The notes: generated from the sequence alone by a model not told the origin. A DNA stretch of 64,000 nt from Eledone cirrhosa (GCA_964016885.1 OZ024750.1:11532001-11596000); one strand, 5' to 3'; shown: positions 12,380 to 26,243, counted from the stretch's first letter. Numbers and translations are program-made.

Positions 12380-13391
12380 CAGCCATGAGCAGCCTGCAGC
12401 CCGCGAAGCTTTCTGAATGGCTCGTCTAAGTCACCTAAGTTAAATCTTTCTGATTTTTTTACCCCAACTTTTCAATTTTAATTTATCTTTATATCATTTT
12501 TACGATCGAGGAAAACAACGTGTACGAATTTCTTGGTGATTTCCTTCGAAACAAATCAAAACAATCTGAGTTACAGCCCTTTTTTTATGTGAGCACGGAG
12601 CTTTGGCCAGGGCGAACATCCCCTCAATCTTAGAACCATCTGGGTTGTCCAGAAGTGATGGCAAAAGACCTGACGGCTTTACCCTGTGCCCCTGGTCGAG
12701 AGGCAGGTGTCTTGTCTGAGACGTCACTGTTAGTGACTCTTTTGCTTCTTCCCACATCCTGGATGCTACGATTAGGGCGAGAGCCACAGCTTCCGCAGCC
12801 GAGCGGAGTAAGACCCCCAAATACTGTGATCTGTCGGCCAGCTACATTTTTCAGCCTGTAGCTTTCGAGACGTTTGAGGGAGTCGGGCCGCTGACTGCGA
12901 GGTTCCTCTCTTCACTGGCGGCTCGCCTAATAGAGGTAACTGGCGAATCTCGCGAGGGCGCTTGGTTGTTCCAGCGCATTAGCCTCGCCATCATCCGAGG
13001 CAACGCTGCAAGTGTGCTGGCTTGCCTCAAACATCATTAGAGAGGTTGCCCAGTACTTCGCGCGACGCTGCTATCTTTTGCTCTGGTGTTGGCTCGGTTG
13101 TTCACCCCCTTCCTTTATATTTTCTTTAATATTGCAACATTAAATTTTAATGTTGCAATAATATATTCCTTTAATTTAAAGGAATATATTATTCTGAAAG
13201 AATCGCGAGCAATTTATAATATCTAAGCATTTGCAATGTTATTTATGTATATATTTAAAACATATTTGTTATGTTATTCTACTGTAAATTTATTTATATG
13301 CTTTGTATGTATTAAATTAGCGCTTACGGCCCGCCCGATGATGAAACATATCTCATGCGGCCCGCTTCTCAAAAAAGGTTGCCCATGCCTG
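12380..13391. mobile_element. hAT MITE carrying an internal CRE insertion
   Basis: Ends cagccatgagcagc / gttgcccatgcctg; 8-bp TSD gtctatat at 12372-12379 and 13392-13399; empty relative at 21589-21879. Confidence 0.88.
12600..13040 (+). pseudogene. CRE-clade retrotransposon restriction-like endonuclease (RLE) domain
   Basis: [58 protein letters not shown]; one in-frame stop. Confidence 0.9.
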
Positions 13392-14100
13392 GTCTATATA
13401 ATTGACTTTCTCCTTTCTCCCTACCCCTCAAAATTGTACCTAAATTAGAAACTATTATCGCTCGACTCAACTAGGGTTGACCTTGAACTTCACAACCATA
13501 ACATCAACAACAATATCATCTTTAATAACAACACAAACAGCAGTAGCAACAACAACAACAAAAGCGGTAAAAACAACACTCCCACACGTGTCTTCATAAA
13601 TGACAGCGGCCACAGTCAAACTGTAACCGAGTATCTAAAAAACAATAAATGCCATTTTAAGGGTCTCTTCTTCAAAACACCACCCTCTCCACTCTCCCTA
13701 TCTCGACCCCCCCCCCCTTCTCTCTCTCTCTCTACTCTCTCTCTCTCTATCTCTCTCTCTCTCACTACTATTTACTCACTGCTGATAAACAAGCAGACTT
13801 GGAAAACAAGGCAGCCATAGATAGATAGACTTCAATCCAGACCTGACACATGGATAGATGAAAAGGGGGGAGACGGAGACGGAGGAGGTTTTAGTGTCAA
13901 AACCTAAAACCAATAATTGTCATCTGATAAATGGCTGCTAACTTTGGAACAATGACGGTTCTTTGATTACTTGGTTGTAAGGAGAGGGGAGAAGGGAGAG
14001 AGGAGAGAGGAAAGATCTTTCTTTCTCTCCCTCTTTCTGACACTCTCTATCACATTTTCCAAAAGGCCACTGTGTTCTGTGTATGTGTAGCAAAATTATA

Positions 14101-14199
<99 letters not shown>

Positions 14200-14261
14200 A
14201 TGTATGTATGTATATACATACATATATATATATATAGAGAGAGAGAGAGATATAGATATGT

Positions 14262-14468
14262 ATATCCCAGGTTCAATCGGGGGTAACCACAGTAAGTAAG
14301 GTACTCAATACATAGCAGAGTATAAATATTTAATATAGAAATTGCTTCTACAGGACTAGAACTGTTTCATTCGAAGGAAATCATCAGGAAAGCCCTGATG
14401 ATTTCCTGATGATTTCCTGGTGATTTCCTTCGAATGAAACAGTTCTATTCCTGTAGAAGCCATTTATA

Positions 14469-14470
<2 letters not shown>
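14262..14470. mobile_element. Palindromic element, family B (Penelope-like end)
   Basis: Inverted copies of cttctacaggactagaactgtttcattcgaaggaaatca. Relatives at ~19935-20100, 31445-31580, 41045-41228, 42238-42362, 47665-47800. Confidence 0.75.
14345..14391 (-). ncRNA. Putative type I hammerhead ribozyme, family B
   Basis: Minus strand: tttc-CTGATGA-t-ttc-cttc-gaa-t-GAAA-cag-ttctagtc-ctg-TA-gaag. Confidence 0.65.
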
Positions 14471-14509
<39 letters not shown>

Positions 14510-15111
14510 TTGCTCCACATACACAGATCTCAGTGGCCTATACACACATACACACACACACACATATATATATATATACATATATATATACAGAGTGAGT
14601 AACCGAGATTGCACCAATATATATAATATATAAATATACACATTTTTCAATATGGTCCAGTCGCTACTGTGTTGCAACTGTACAGGCGAAGAACATTTTG
14701 TTATAATACCTGAAGCAAAAAAAAAAAAAATCTACCTAACCACCACCAACAGGTAAGCGGTAGGTCACTCACCTTCACAATACCACTAGGAAGAAGAAGA
14801 AAAGAAAATATGCCTTCATGCATCACAGATTTTGAAAAATCACTCACCAGCTATTTACTATCTTTGCAAAATACTTCTTGCGGGTCCTCAATAAAGATGT
14901 TTCTGTAAGTAGCACACCTGCTAAGAAATAGAAATATATCATTAGATATACATTCTCCTTCCAATCGCTATTAAACATACCGTCAACAAAATCCCTTCCC
15001 ACTCTCAATTTCTTTACTGAAGTATCGGCCGCTCTTTGATAGGTTGCTTTCATCATATAGTGTTGGACAGATATAGATATATAAAAAGTACATGATAAAA
15101 TGACAAGTCAG

Positions 15112-15222
15112 TCAATCATATTGATGGCCTCCCCACAGCCCCGGCGGACAGAATGGAGAAGGCGTTTCCCCGGAGGACGGCAAGGGAGACGCGCTGGAAG
15201 AGCCATTCCAACTCGCGAACTC
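15112..15222 (-). mobile_element. CRE-clade 3' remnant
   Basis: VRELEWLFQRVSLAVLRGNAFSILSAG. Confidence 0.8.
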
Positions 15223-15249
15223 ACACCTACGGCTGGCCAGCTCAGCTCC

Positions 15250-15840
15250 TATGTACCAGTAGAGACTTCCGGTGTTTTGGGCCTCTAGATTACATCCATA
15301 CTCATGTGATAGGTTTGTGGTAGAGCCTGTAGTAGTGGAGACTTCTGGCATTCTTGACCCTTGGACCACATCTCTGCTCATGTGATAGGTTTGTGGTAGA
15401 GCCTGTAGCAGTGGAGACTTCCGGCTTTCTTGGCCCTTGGACCACATCTCTACTCATGTGATAGGTTTGTGATAGAGCCCTGTACCAGTAGAGACTTCCG
15501 GTGTTTTTGGCCTCTAGATTACATCCATACTCATGTGATAGGTTTGTGATAGAGCCTGTAGCAGTGGAGACTTCCGGCGTTCTTGGCCACTGGATCACAT
15601 CTCTACTCATATGATAGGTTTGTGGTAGAGCCTGTAGCAGTGGAGACTTCCGGTGTTTTTGGCCTCTAGATTACATCCATACTCATGTGATAGGTTTGTG
15701 GTAGAGCCTGTAGCAGTAGAGACTTCCGGTGTTTTTGGCCTCTAGATTACATCCATACTCATGTGATAGGTTTGTGGTAGAGCCTGTAGTAGTGGAGACT
15801 TCCGGCCACTAGATCACATCTCTACTCATGTGATAGGTCT
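15250..15840 (+). repeat. Minisatellite, ~76-bp unit x ~8, derived from CRE coding sequence
   Basis: gagacttc at 15262, 15338 ... 15643, 15719; the unit encodes DRFVVEPVAVETSGV(L/F)G. Confidence 0.85.
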
Positions 15841-16306
15841 GTACAACCAACAGTTGTAGACAATAGCTGGAGTTCTGTTAAGTCTCGAACATCAAGTTCG
15901 AAATAAGCAAAGCAATATCGGGTTCTGTTCTAAGATATGTCTCTCAATTCTCAACTCATTTAATATCTACTTAGACTAGAAAGATATCTGACTTAAGACA
16001 TCTACTTAATGAAATAAAAGATAACCTATATCATATATTTATGGGAATTGGTCGACATAGAGTTAATTAATTTATGACCTGACTGGGGCATAAAATACCT
16101 TTCTGGGTAACCTACACAAACTATATCAGTAGGAAAGGGATAGAAGGGAGTAGTTGGGGGTGTCGGGGGAGAGAGGACGGTTGGGAGAGAGAGAGGAAGG
16201 GGTGAGAGAGGGAGAGAGGGGAGAGAAAGAAAAAAATAAGAAAAAATTCTGAGAGAAAAAGACTGAGAAAGAAAAGAAAGGAAGAGAGAGAGAGAAAGAG
16301 AGATTG

Positions 16307-16378
<72 letters not shown>

Positions 16379-17119
16379 GGAGAGAGAGAGAAAGAGAGGG
16401 GGGATAGTGAGAGAATGGGTGGTAACAGAAATTCAAGTTCTCAAAAGAATCTATATTATTCTATATTATTAAAGATGGAGAAAGAAGTTACCATAGCGGC
16501 CGAGGGTAACTTCTTTTTCCGTCATTAAAGGTCTTCACTCTATTTTTATAACATTACCGCGCATGAGCTAACCACTCTTTATATTAACTGTATACTGTAA
16601 TATATTTTAGTGTGCTACTGTAGCGTCATATTACAATCTCACTCACATACTACTCAAATAATAAAATCTATGTTGAAAACAAAACCAAGAAATTGTATTT
16701 TATTGCTTAAAAGGTATTAAACCTTTTGATAGCAATTCTCCCGAGACCACCCCTGGTTCTATGATATAAAACATGCCTGATCATATTTAAATTCAACTCT
16801 TCCATTAACATTTAATGTAAGAATCTTTTGTTAAATGCATACTAACTTAATTTCCCTCTACTTTCCAATAGAGTCAGATCTGCCCTTTTTTACCACTTCC
16901 CTCTGTTCGTTGCTTGGTTTTGTTTTTATCCTTTTTTCTTTCCTATTACCATCAATATTTGTAATGTTATTTATACAGCTGTGTACTTACATAATTATTT
17001 TACACAATAAACCTATTAAATTAATAATATTTATATAATCCTTTCATGTAATAGATCTACTAAATTAATTTTATTTACTTAATCATTTCATTAATAAACC
17101 TATTGGGTTCATTTTTTAA

Positions 17120-17250
17120 AGCGTATGGCTTAGTGGTTAGAGAGTTGGGCTTGCAATCGTGAGGGCGTGAGTTCTATTCGCAAACTGGGTGATATGGTGT
17201 GTCCTTGAGCAAGACACTTTATTTCACGTTGCTCCAGATCACTCAGTTGC
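17120..17250 (+). mobile_element. tRNA-derived SINE (type 2), 5' part
   Basis: tggcttagtggttag ... gtccttgagcaagacacttt. Confidence 0.75.
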
Positions 17251-17262
17251 CATCCACCTAAA

Positions 17263-17478
17263 TATTGGTTTCTGATTTAGACACAAGGCCAACAATTTTG
17301 GGGCAGGGGGAAAGTCGATTAAATCGATCCCAGTGCATTACTGGTACTTTATTTTATCCACCCCGTGTGGATGAAAGACAAAGCTAACCTCGGCAGGATT
17401 TGAACTCAGATCGTAAAGGGAGACAACCTATGCCATAAAGCATATTGTCCGACACTCTACTGATTCTACTGCCAATTC
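17263..17478 (-). mobile_element. Meta-domain SINE (type 1), diverged
   Basis: Matches the type 1 consensus. Confidence 0.8.
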
Positions 17479-17779
17479 TATATCATTTGTGCCAACTCAC
17501 CGCAACTTCTTTTGTCGCCATAATCTTGTCCATATGTCACTTAAAACAACACAATAAATATGTCGACATATCCCAGCAGAATAATAATAATAATAATGAT
17601 AACAACAACAACAACAATGACAACAATGTCACCATGTCCCAAGTAAAACTGTTTAAAAATATCTTTACAGTACTGAAATGGTAAGGTTGACATACCAGAA
17701 GAATAACATAAAAAGGAAAAAGAAATTTATTATTTTTTTTTTATATTAGCCATGATTGAAATATTTGAGGGTGTTTCTT

Positions 17780-18236
17780 CATTATTATTGTTGCTGTTGT
17801 TGTTGTTGCTGTTGTTGTTGCTGTTGTTGCTGTTGTTGTTGCTGTTGTTGTTGCTGTTGTTGTTGCTGTTGCTGTTGTTGCTGTTGTTGTTGCTGTTGTT
17901 GCTGTTGTTGCTGTTGTTGTTGTTGTTTTTTTCTTTAGTGGGCTCGATTTCACTCACAGCTAAAATAATTTACTGTAAAACAACAACAACAACAACAATA
18001 ACTATAACAACAACTACAACTACAACAATAACAACAACTTGTATTTGAACAGTTTTTTGGGGGGGTTACAAATTATTTTAATGGCAGGAAATACATTCTA
18101 GGAATTGAAACTTTATAGAAACGACGACGACAACAACAACAGTAACAACAACAACAATAACAACAACAATAACAACAACAGCAATAACAACAACAATAAC
18201 AACAACAACAATAACAACAACAGCAGCAACAACAAT

Positions 18237-18267
<31 letters not shown>

Positions 18268-18545
18268 GCAACAACAACAACAACAGCAATAACAACAACA
18301 ATAACAACAACAACAACAACAGCAACAGCAACAACAACAACAATACTTTGTTAAGAGTAAGAACTCTGCAGAACTATAGAACATTCCAAACATTATTCTA
18401 TTACCATGTAAGATGGCTTGGAGGAAATATTTAACAGGTGTGGACAACAATAACAACAACAACAACAACAACAACAATAACAACAACAATAACTATAACA
18501 ATAACAACAACAATAACAGCAACAACAACAACAACAATAGCAAAG
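17780..18545. repeat. (TTG/CTG)n and (AAC)n trinucleotide tracts
   Basis: Direct reading. Confidence 0.95.
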
Positions 18546-18669
18546 AAAGAAGCAAAGGAACAATGTATAAAATTAAAGAGTTTTTACGTGTTTATTATAT
18601 AATCTCTGATGAAGTTTGGAATGATTCTATAAAACTTATAATTACTTAACTAATTAATTAATTCGTGGT

Positions 18670-19316
18670 TAGAATGTCTGAGGAAAGAATTGCTCGATAG
18701 ATTTTACAGGGGGATAAAACTAACCGCCAGGAGACCCAGGGGTAGACCTCCGATCAAGACGGTTGGATAACATCCATGAGCTCAAGAATCCCTAGACAGA
18801 TTTTATGGGTAAAACCAACCGGTATGGAAGCCCAGGGCTAGACCCCCCCGAGCAAGATGGTTGGATAACATCCATGAGCTCAAGGATCCCTAGACAGATT
18901 TTATGGGTAAAACCAACCGGTATGGAAGCCCAGGGCTAGACCCCCCCCCCCCCCCGAGCAAGATGGTTGGATAACATCCATGAGCTCAAGGATCCCTAGA
19001 CAGATTTTATGGGTAAAACCAACCGGTATGGAAGCCCAGGGCTAGACCCCACCGAGCAAGATGGTTGGATAACATCCATGAGCTCAAGGATCCCTAGACA
19101 GATTTTATGGGTAAAACCAACCGGTATGGAAGCCCAGGGCTAGAACCCCCCCCAGCAAGATGGTTGGATAACATCCATGAGCTTGGCTGGTCTCTCTAGG
19201 GGATCCAGCCGGAGACGGTTGGTTCTGACAGGATCTGCTGGAAGGAGTGCTTGACGACTCTACCTCCACGACACTCTGAGAAGAAGAAGAAGAAGAAGAA
19301 GAAGAAGAAGAAGAAT
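18670..19316 (+). mobile_element. RTE-type LINE 3' end with a ~98-bp unit amplified x5 and a (GAA)n tail
   Basis: Unit encodes RIPRQILWVKPTG...RWLDNIHEL (RTE C-terminal GRPxxRW region); cctagacag at 18791, 18889, 18995, 19093. Confidence 0.8.
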
Positions 19317-19429
19317 GAATTCATTAAGATATAAAAGGAACGATCGACTTTCGTCAAATCGGACCGAGGGAACAATGTTTCCGTTGGTCTTTTCAATTGC
19401 TAATACTATCTATCGGTCGCAACTCCAGG

Positions 19430-19552
19430 TAGAAGGAGCAACGTGAAATAAAGTGTCTTGCTCAAGGACATAACGCATCGCCTGGTCCAGGAATCGAACT
19501 CACAACCTTACGATTGCGAATCCAATTCTCTAACCACTCAGCCACACGCCTT
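19430..19552 (-). mobile_element. tRNA-derived SINE (type 2), 5' part
   Basis: Minus strand ggcgtgtggctgagtggttag ... gagttcgattcc ... gtccttgagcaagacacttt. Confidence 0.8.
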
Positions 19553-19882
19553 CAGATATATAATATTTCAATGTGTTCTATATTTCATTGCTTCAATTAT
19601 TTAATTAAACTATGACGTATTTCACTTCATGCACGAATGGTGATAATTCTTATTAGTTTATACGAGGGTCGGCTGAAAAGTTTCATAGACCGACCAAGAT
19701 ACTCTCATGGAATGACCAAATGAGGTATATTTTTCAACATAGTCCCTGGAAAGAAACAATGCAGTTATTAAGAAATGTCGTATGACAATATGGTGCCCCT
19801 ACGACTGTCATGAGTTGCAGGACCATATATATATATATAGAGAGAGAGAGAAGTAGTAACACAACAGATAGTTCACCATACC

Positions 19883-19922
19883 GAGAACAATTGTTTCACC
19901 TTAGTTAGCGGATCTTCAGCTC
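19883..19922 (-). ncRNA. Putative minimal hammerhead ribozyme
   Basis: Minus strand: gag-CTGAAGA-t-cc-gctaactaa-gg-t-GAAA-caattg-TT-ctc; palindromic stem III. Confidence 0.55.
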
Positions 19923-20095
19923 TGACTGGTCATATGATAATTTCCTTCAAATGAAACAGTTCTAGTCCTATAGAAGCCATTTCTATATTAAACATTGTAT
20001 ATATACAGTATATAGATATATAGATATATATACACACAATATTTAATATAGAAATGGCTTCTATATGACTAGAACTGTTTCATTTGAAGGAAATT

Positions 20096-20135
<40 letters not shown>

Positions 20136-20659
20136 GAGGGAGAGAGAGAGAGAGGCAGACAAACATAGATAGATAGACAGATATAAAGAGAGCCAGACAG
20201 TATTATATTGCTCAATACAACTTATTTTTCCTCTGTAGTTTTCAGTAAATTTATTTTAATAATTTCAGTCTGAAAGTTTATTTAACTAATAACAACTTTA
20301 TCAGGACAACAACATATGACAAAGTAAACACAGCAATGACAAGGAAAATGATGGGAGCAGAAACTGGTGGAAAGGTATTTTTTTAGAGAGGAACGCCCAG
20401 ATATGTTACACCGGCTATTATCATAATCACGAATTTAAAGAAACATTTTATAAAGGCTTTGCAAGGGTTTGAGGACTCCATTTCATCCTTAGATGGTCAC
20501 TAACTGCTTCTTTCTAGACCTTCCTTGGTCTTGTTCATGATCTTGAGCCTTTTTTTTGGTGTGTGTGTGGGGGGGGGGGGGCTGGTGATAACGGTAAGGA
20601 TGATATTGAAGATGATGCTGGCGACGACGACGACAGCGGCGGCGGTGGCCAGGACAACG

Positions 20660-21200
20660 ACTGTTATGACAATGATGATGATAGAATTAACGATGATGAT
20701 GATGATAATAATGATGATGATGATGATGATGATGATAATGATAGAATTAACGATGATGATGATGATGATAATAATGATAATGATGATGATGATGATGATG
20801 ATAATGATAGAATTAACGATGATGATGATGATAATAATGATGATGATGATGATGATGATGATAATGATAGAATTAACGATGATGATGATGATGATAATAA
20901 TGATAATGATGATGATGATGATGATGATAATGATAGAATTAACGATGATGATGATGATGATAATAATGATAATGATGATGATGATGATGATGATAATGAT
21001 AGAATTAACGATGATGATGATGATAATAATGATGATGATGATGATGATGATAATGATAGAATTAACGATGATGATGATGATGATGATGATGTTAATGATG
21101 ATGATGATGATGAGGAGGAGGAGGAGGAGGACGATGATTGCAATGAATCAATGAGGATGAAGCTGATGATGTTAATGATGATGATGATGATGATGATGCA
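20660..21200. repeat. (GAT)n tract with higher-order gatagaattaac periodicity
   Basis: Direct reading. Confidence 0.9.
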
Positions 21201-21588
21201 GCCACCACCCCCACAGTGGCTGAGGACGTGGATCTTAATTACAAGAAACAAAATATAAATTAACAAAGCTATTAAATTTACACCTCCTCCCTTCCCCACC
21301 TCCTATATCTACCACCACCACCACCCTACCACCACCCTACCACCACCCTACCACCACCACCACCACTTCCACCACCACCCCAACGTCCCTATTTCAACAT
21401 GTAACAAACAGCTGATTAAATAATAACAGAAATGCATAGCTAGACACATTTGCAGTGTCTAGTCTAGATTGCTCTTTGTTTTACATATTGGACATGTTGT
21501 CTCAGCCCCACGTCAGCCCTCGTTCAGCTGTTTATTTTGTTTGTTATATGAAGGACTATATAATCCATTCCTGTTTAAGACTTTAGAG

Positions 21589-21879
21589 CAGGCATGGGCC
21601 ACCTTTTTCGAGAAGCGGGCCGCATGAGATATGGCTCATCATCAGGCGGGCCGCAAGCGCTAATTTACATTTGTGCCCACATTTAAAGAAAGGCCGGTAA
21701 GTCAGGTTGTTTTAATTTGAATCTTCGGAATTCGTACACGTTGTTTTCCTCGATCGTAAAATTGATAGAAAGATAAATTACAACTGAAAAGCTGGGATAA
21801 AAATATCAGAAAGATTTCGCTTAGGCGACTTAGGCGAGCCATTCAGAAAGCTTCGCGGGCCGCAGGTTACCCATGACTG
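21589..21879. mobile_element. hAT MITE, 291 bp
   Basis: Ends caggcatgggc / ttacccatgactg; TSD ctttagag at 21581-21588 and 21880-21887; a second degenerate copy lies at ~21980-22120. Confidence 0.9.
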
Positions 21880-22612
21880 CTTTAGAGTGTGATATGGCGT
21901 TGCTATTTCTAGCAGCCCTCTGTGGTTATGTAAATCTACATACTGGTTAACATATATTGTTAGATTCCCAGCATTAGGGGAGGCATGGGCAACCTTTTTC
22001 GAGCAGTGGGCCACATAGGATATAGCTCATCATTAGGCGGGCCGCACTACTAACAACATTCAAAGCAATTTTGAAATTAGGCGTGCCATTCAAAAATCCA
22101 AACGGACCACAGTTAGCCCATATCACATCCTAAAATGTGATATGAGGCTGCTATTTCTAGCAGCCGACTGTGGTTATGTAAGGCCACATGTTGGTTAACG
22201 GATATTGTTAGATTTCCTGTTTGATAAAAGGTTTGGCAAATTTTTCGGAGTAGAATATCAAGAGTAGGACATCTGTTAAGAATGGGAGTCATTGATATTG
22301 TGAAAGTTAGGTTGTTGTTGTTTGTGGTGTAAGTGGGGTATGGTGGTGGTATTCGTGGTCGTCGTAGTTGGTGGTGGTGGTGGTGGTGGTGGTGCTTGTT
22401 GTTGTAGGCGGGGTAGCGGTGGTGGTGGTGGTGGTGGTGCTTGTTGTTGTAGGCGGGGTAGCGGTGGTAGTGGTAGTGGTGATGGTGGTGGTGGTGGTGG
22501 TGGTGGTGGTAGTGATGGAGCAGGGTTTGCTAATTTGTTGTGGAACTAACTCCCCCTCTCTATCTCTCTCTCTCTCTGATATATATATATATATATATCA
22601 GATATATATATA

Positions 22613-22676
<64 letters not shown>

Positions 22677-22823
22677 TACTACTACTGCAGCTGCTACTAA
22701 AATTCGTTCCCGAGATACGGGGTTTTTCCGGGTACCTTCATAAATAGAGAGAAAGAAAGATAAAGAGAAAGAGATAGTGGTTGTGAGAAAGTAGATTGAA
22801 AGAGAGAGACAGAGATAGAGGGG

Positions 22824-22915
<92 letters not shown>

Positions 22916-23111
22916 GAACTGGAAGAGAAAGAGAAAGCTGGTGGTGTTGTTGAATGAAATTATAACAGGTGACTTCAAAGAATCGAATACAGCAGTACTG
23001 TATCTACCTCGAATTTGGTGACTGAATATTAAGTGTTGTATAACTTGTGTAGCGAATATTTCCTGCTAAATAGGAAGGGTTTCTAAGGGTATATGTATGT
23101 GTGAGTGTGTG

Positions 23112-23201
<90 letters not shown>

Positions 23202-23815
23202 TGTGACCAATGTATATAGATCACAGACACCCATATACACACACATATATATATATATATATAAATACAAATATAAATGATCGAGAATCGTATTTCGGCC
23301 TATGAAATAACGAAAAACAACCTCCGAGATGTGTGGCAAGTGCTCAATGATTCAGATGAACCAGAGCTATAACAAACGTTAAAGGCCAAACACACTGAGA
23401 CGATGGTGAAACAATGATCCGCACAGCCAAAAGAAAACGATCAAGTAATTCGGGTCAAACAAATAAAAATATATGTGATTGAAAATTTACCCGGACCCCT
23501 GGAAGGTTGGTAAAATCCAGCATTTGGGTTTCTGCGACTCCTAAATCAAGTACTGTCCGCTTACATAAATAATTGTTTCTACTTTAGGCACAAGGCCAGC
23601 AATTACCAGTTCATTACTGGTACTTTATAATGTTAGGCTTCTGGTAAGATGATTGAACAAGGAAGCCGCTTTTTCAACAGGTTTTAGTTCAATGCTAATA
23701 CAAGGAGTGACTATTGCTGACCCCACGTGGGGGTCGGCAAGGGAGGCAACCCCTATATTAGGCGAATGAATTCAGATTGTGTATATTATTGCAAGAATGC
23801 AAAACATCACAAATC

Positions 23816-23857
<42 letters not shown>

Positions 23858-23954
23858 CGAAGGAGATGTGGTAAAGAACCAGATGGACCATAACGCACCA
23901 GAGTACTCAATACTTAGGGTAGTAGAGTGGGTAATAGGAAAAAGTATACTTTTT

Positions 23955-24017
<63 letters not shown>

Positions 24018-24113
24018 GCCTTCCAATTTCATTTTGCATTATATACATGTGTATATTTCAATAATTTAGAAATTATTTTTAAGTGAAGGTAACCTAATGA
24101 GTGACGGGTAGTC

Positions 24114-24199
<86 letters not shown>

Positions 24200-24348
24200 T
24201 TGTGTGTTTGTGTGTGTGTGTATATATATGTATGTGCATGTGTGTGTGTGTGTGTCAAAATGGATGCAGTAAAAACCTATTAAACCATTACTCACCAGAG
24301 TACTCGATACTTGGGGTAGAAGAGTGTGGTGTATATATGCTACACTCT

Positions 24349-24387
<39 letters not shown>

Positions 24388-24391
24388 CAGA

Positions 24392-24447
<56 letters not shown>

Positions 24448-24805
24448 TCTGCCTTTCAGGTAAACATTTTTTTCTCCAATAAATCAACACCCTATTGAAA
24501 AAGTTCAAAACTTGTATTAAAAAACAAGGTGAGAGCAAAACATGACACAAAAAGGATATCAATTAAAGCTACAGACATTGTTGTAAATCTTGACATACAA
24601 CTTTTAATGCCTGACTGGTTACACAGCTTGACTTTCTTTTGATAAAACAAATATTTTGAGGAAAACTTCAAGTGGTTTGTTGTGCTCCATTAGTTAGTCA
24701 TAACTTCGCTATTTACAAATATTCATTCAAATATTTCTTTTCAATTTATTTTAATATAGAAATAAAAAAAAAAAAAAGAATATATAAAAGAATATATTAA
24801 AAAAA

Positions 24806-24983
24806 TAATTGTTTCTACTTTTGGCAGCAATAAATGAGTGCATTACTGGTACTTTATTTTATCGACCCCGTAAGGATGAAAGGCAAAGTTAACCTCGGCG
24901 GGATTTGAACTCAAACTCAGACCGTAAAGGGACGTAACTATGCTGCAAAGCATGGCGTCCGACCCTCTACCTATATTGCCAAT
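24806..24983 (-). mobile_element. Meta-domain SINE (type 1)
   Basis: Consensus match. Confidence 0.85.
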
Positions 24984-25269
24984 ATACAAAAAATAATAAA
25001 AACTTGAGATATGTTTTTCCCTAATTTTTTTGTTATCATAAGAACTGTACATGTTTGAATAGAAATAATAAAAAACAGAAGGGGAAACAAAAGGAAAGAA
25101 AGAATAGGAAAATATAGAAAAAAAAATTATAGAAAAAAAAAAGAGGAGAGAAAGAAAGAAGAAAAATGTAGGGAAGGGGAGGGGATGACAAGAGCTCTGG
25201 TGTCGCAGAAGAAAGGGGAGGGTGAAAGGGTAGGGTGTTTGGGCTATGTGTCCAGAGCAAGGGAGCAGA

Positions 25270-25560
25270 AGTGCTGCGCCCCGCGGACAAGACGGCAAAA
25301 GCATTCCCCCGGGCGATGGCCAGTGACATCCGCTGCAACAGCCACCCAACCTGGCGGGGCTCCCTACTCAGATGGGCCGCCGACGTTCCGATCTTGCGGA
25401 GGAGCTCGGCAGTACGGGGTACAATTACACCTAAGGAGGTCGACGGTGGCCGGTACGAAGAGGAAGCGGCCGGACAAACCCCGGTATTTATTTATTTTAC
25501 GTTCTTCTGCGAGGTGGGCCGCGATGCCGGCGTTTGTGGCCGAAGCGTCTAAGTTGGAGG
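25270..25560 (-). mobile_element. CRE-clade 3' remnant
   Basis: GC-rich island; KYRGLSGRFLFVP...REPRQVGWLLQRMSLAIARGNAFAVLSAG. Confidence 0.85.
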
Positions 25561-25868
25561 CGGAGAAAGAGAGAGGGAAAAAGAGAGATAGAGAGGGGGA
25601 GAGGAGGAGAAGGAGGATATGACGACAAAAAGAAAGGCGAAATAAAAGTAGGAGTGGTAGATTATAATTGCGGGGGTAGATGAATGGGTCCTTATATAGG
25701 AATGAATGTAGTTAAATAAAATACGAGGATTAGAGAGGAAAGTAAAGAAAGTAAGAATGAAGAAGAAAGTAAAGAAAGTAATAAAAACGATGACCTCTCT
25801 CTCTCTCTCACACACACACACATACACACACATACACATACACACACATGTAAATATATATGTGTGTA

Positions 25869-25904
25869 CAAGGGCCTTGTTTCAGGGGGTACCAGGGGAC
25901 AAGT

Positions 25905-25935
<31 letters not shown>

Positions 25936-26160
25936 TTTTCAAACCTCTATATTTATTTTTTGTGTATTTGATATAATAAATTATTTTTAAGCTTATTTTT
26001 TTATATCTGAACTTCATTTGAATATATAAAATTTAATTAACGTAAAATGTTACTTATGTGATAGGGTCCGGGAAATGTACTATAAGCAATTTATGCTTCT
26101 TTAAGAATCAACAAATGTTGGTTTGTTCCTCTCATATTTTTAAGGCAAACGAGACCCCTG
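25869..26160. mobile_element. MITE inserted in (TG)n
   Basis: TIR caagggccttgttt / aaacgagacccctg; second copy at 47363-47647. Confidence 0.8.
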
Positions 26161-26183
26161 TGTGTGTGTGTGCTCAAACATAC

Positions 26184-26243
<60 letters not shown>

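Noticed and set aside
20525-21299. Asp-rich ORF as a biomineralisation protein
   Set aside because: (GAT)n tract open in several frames; no signal peptide in that frame
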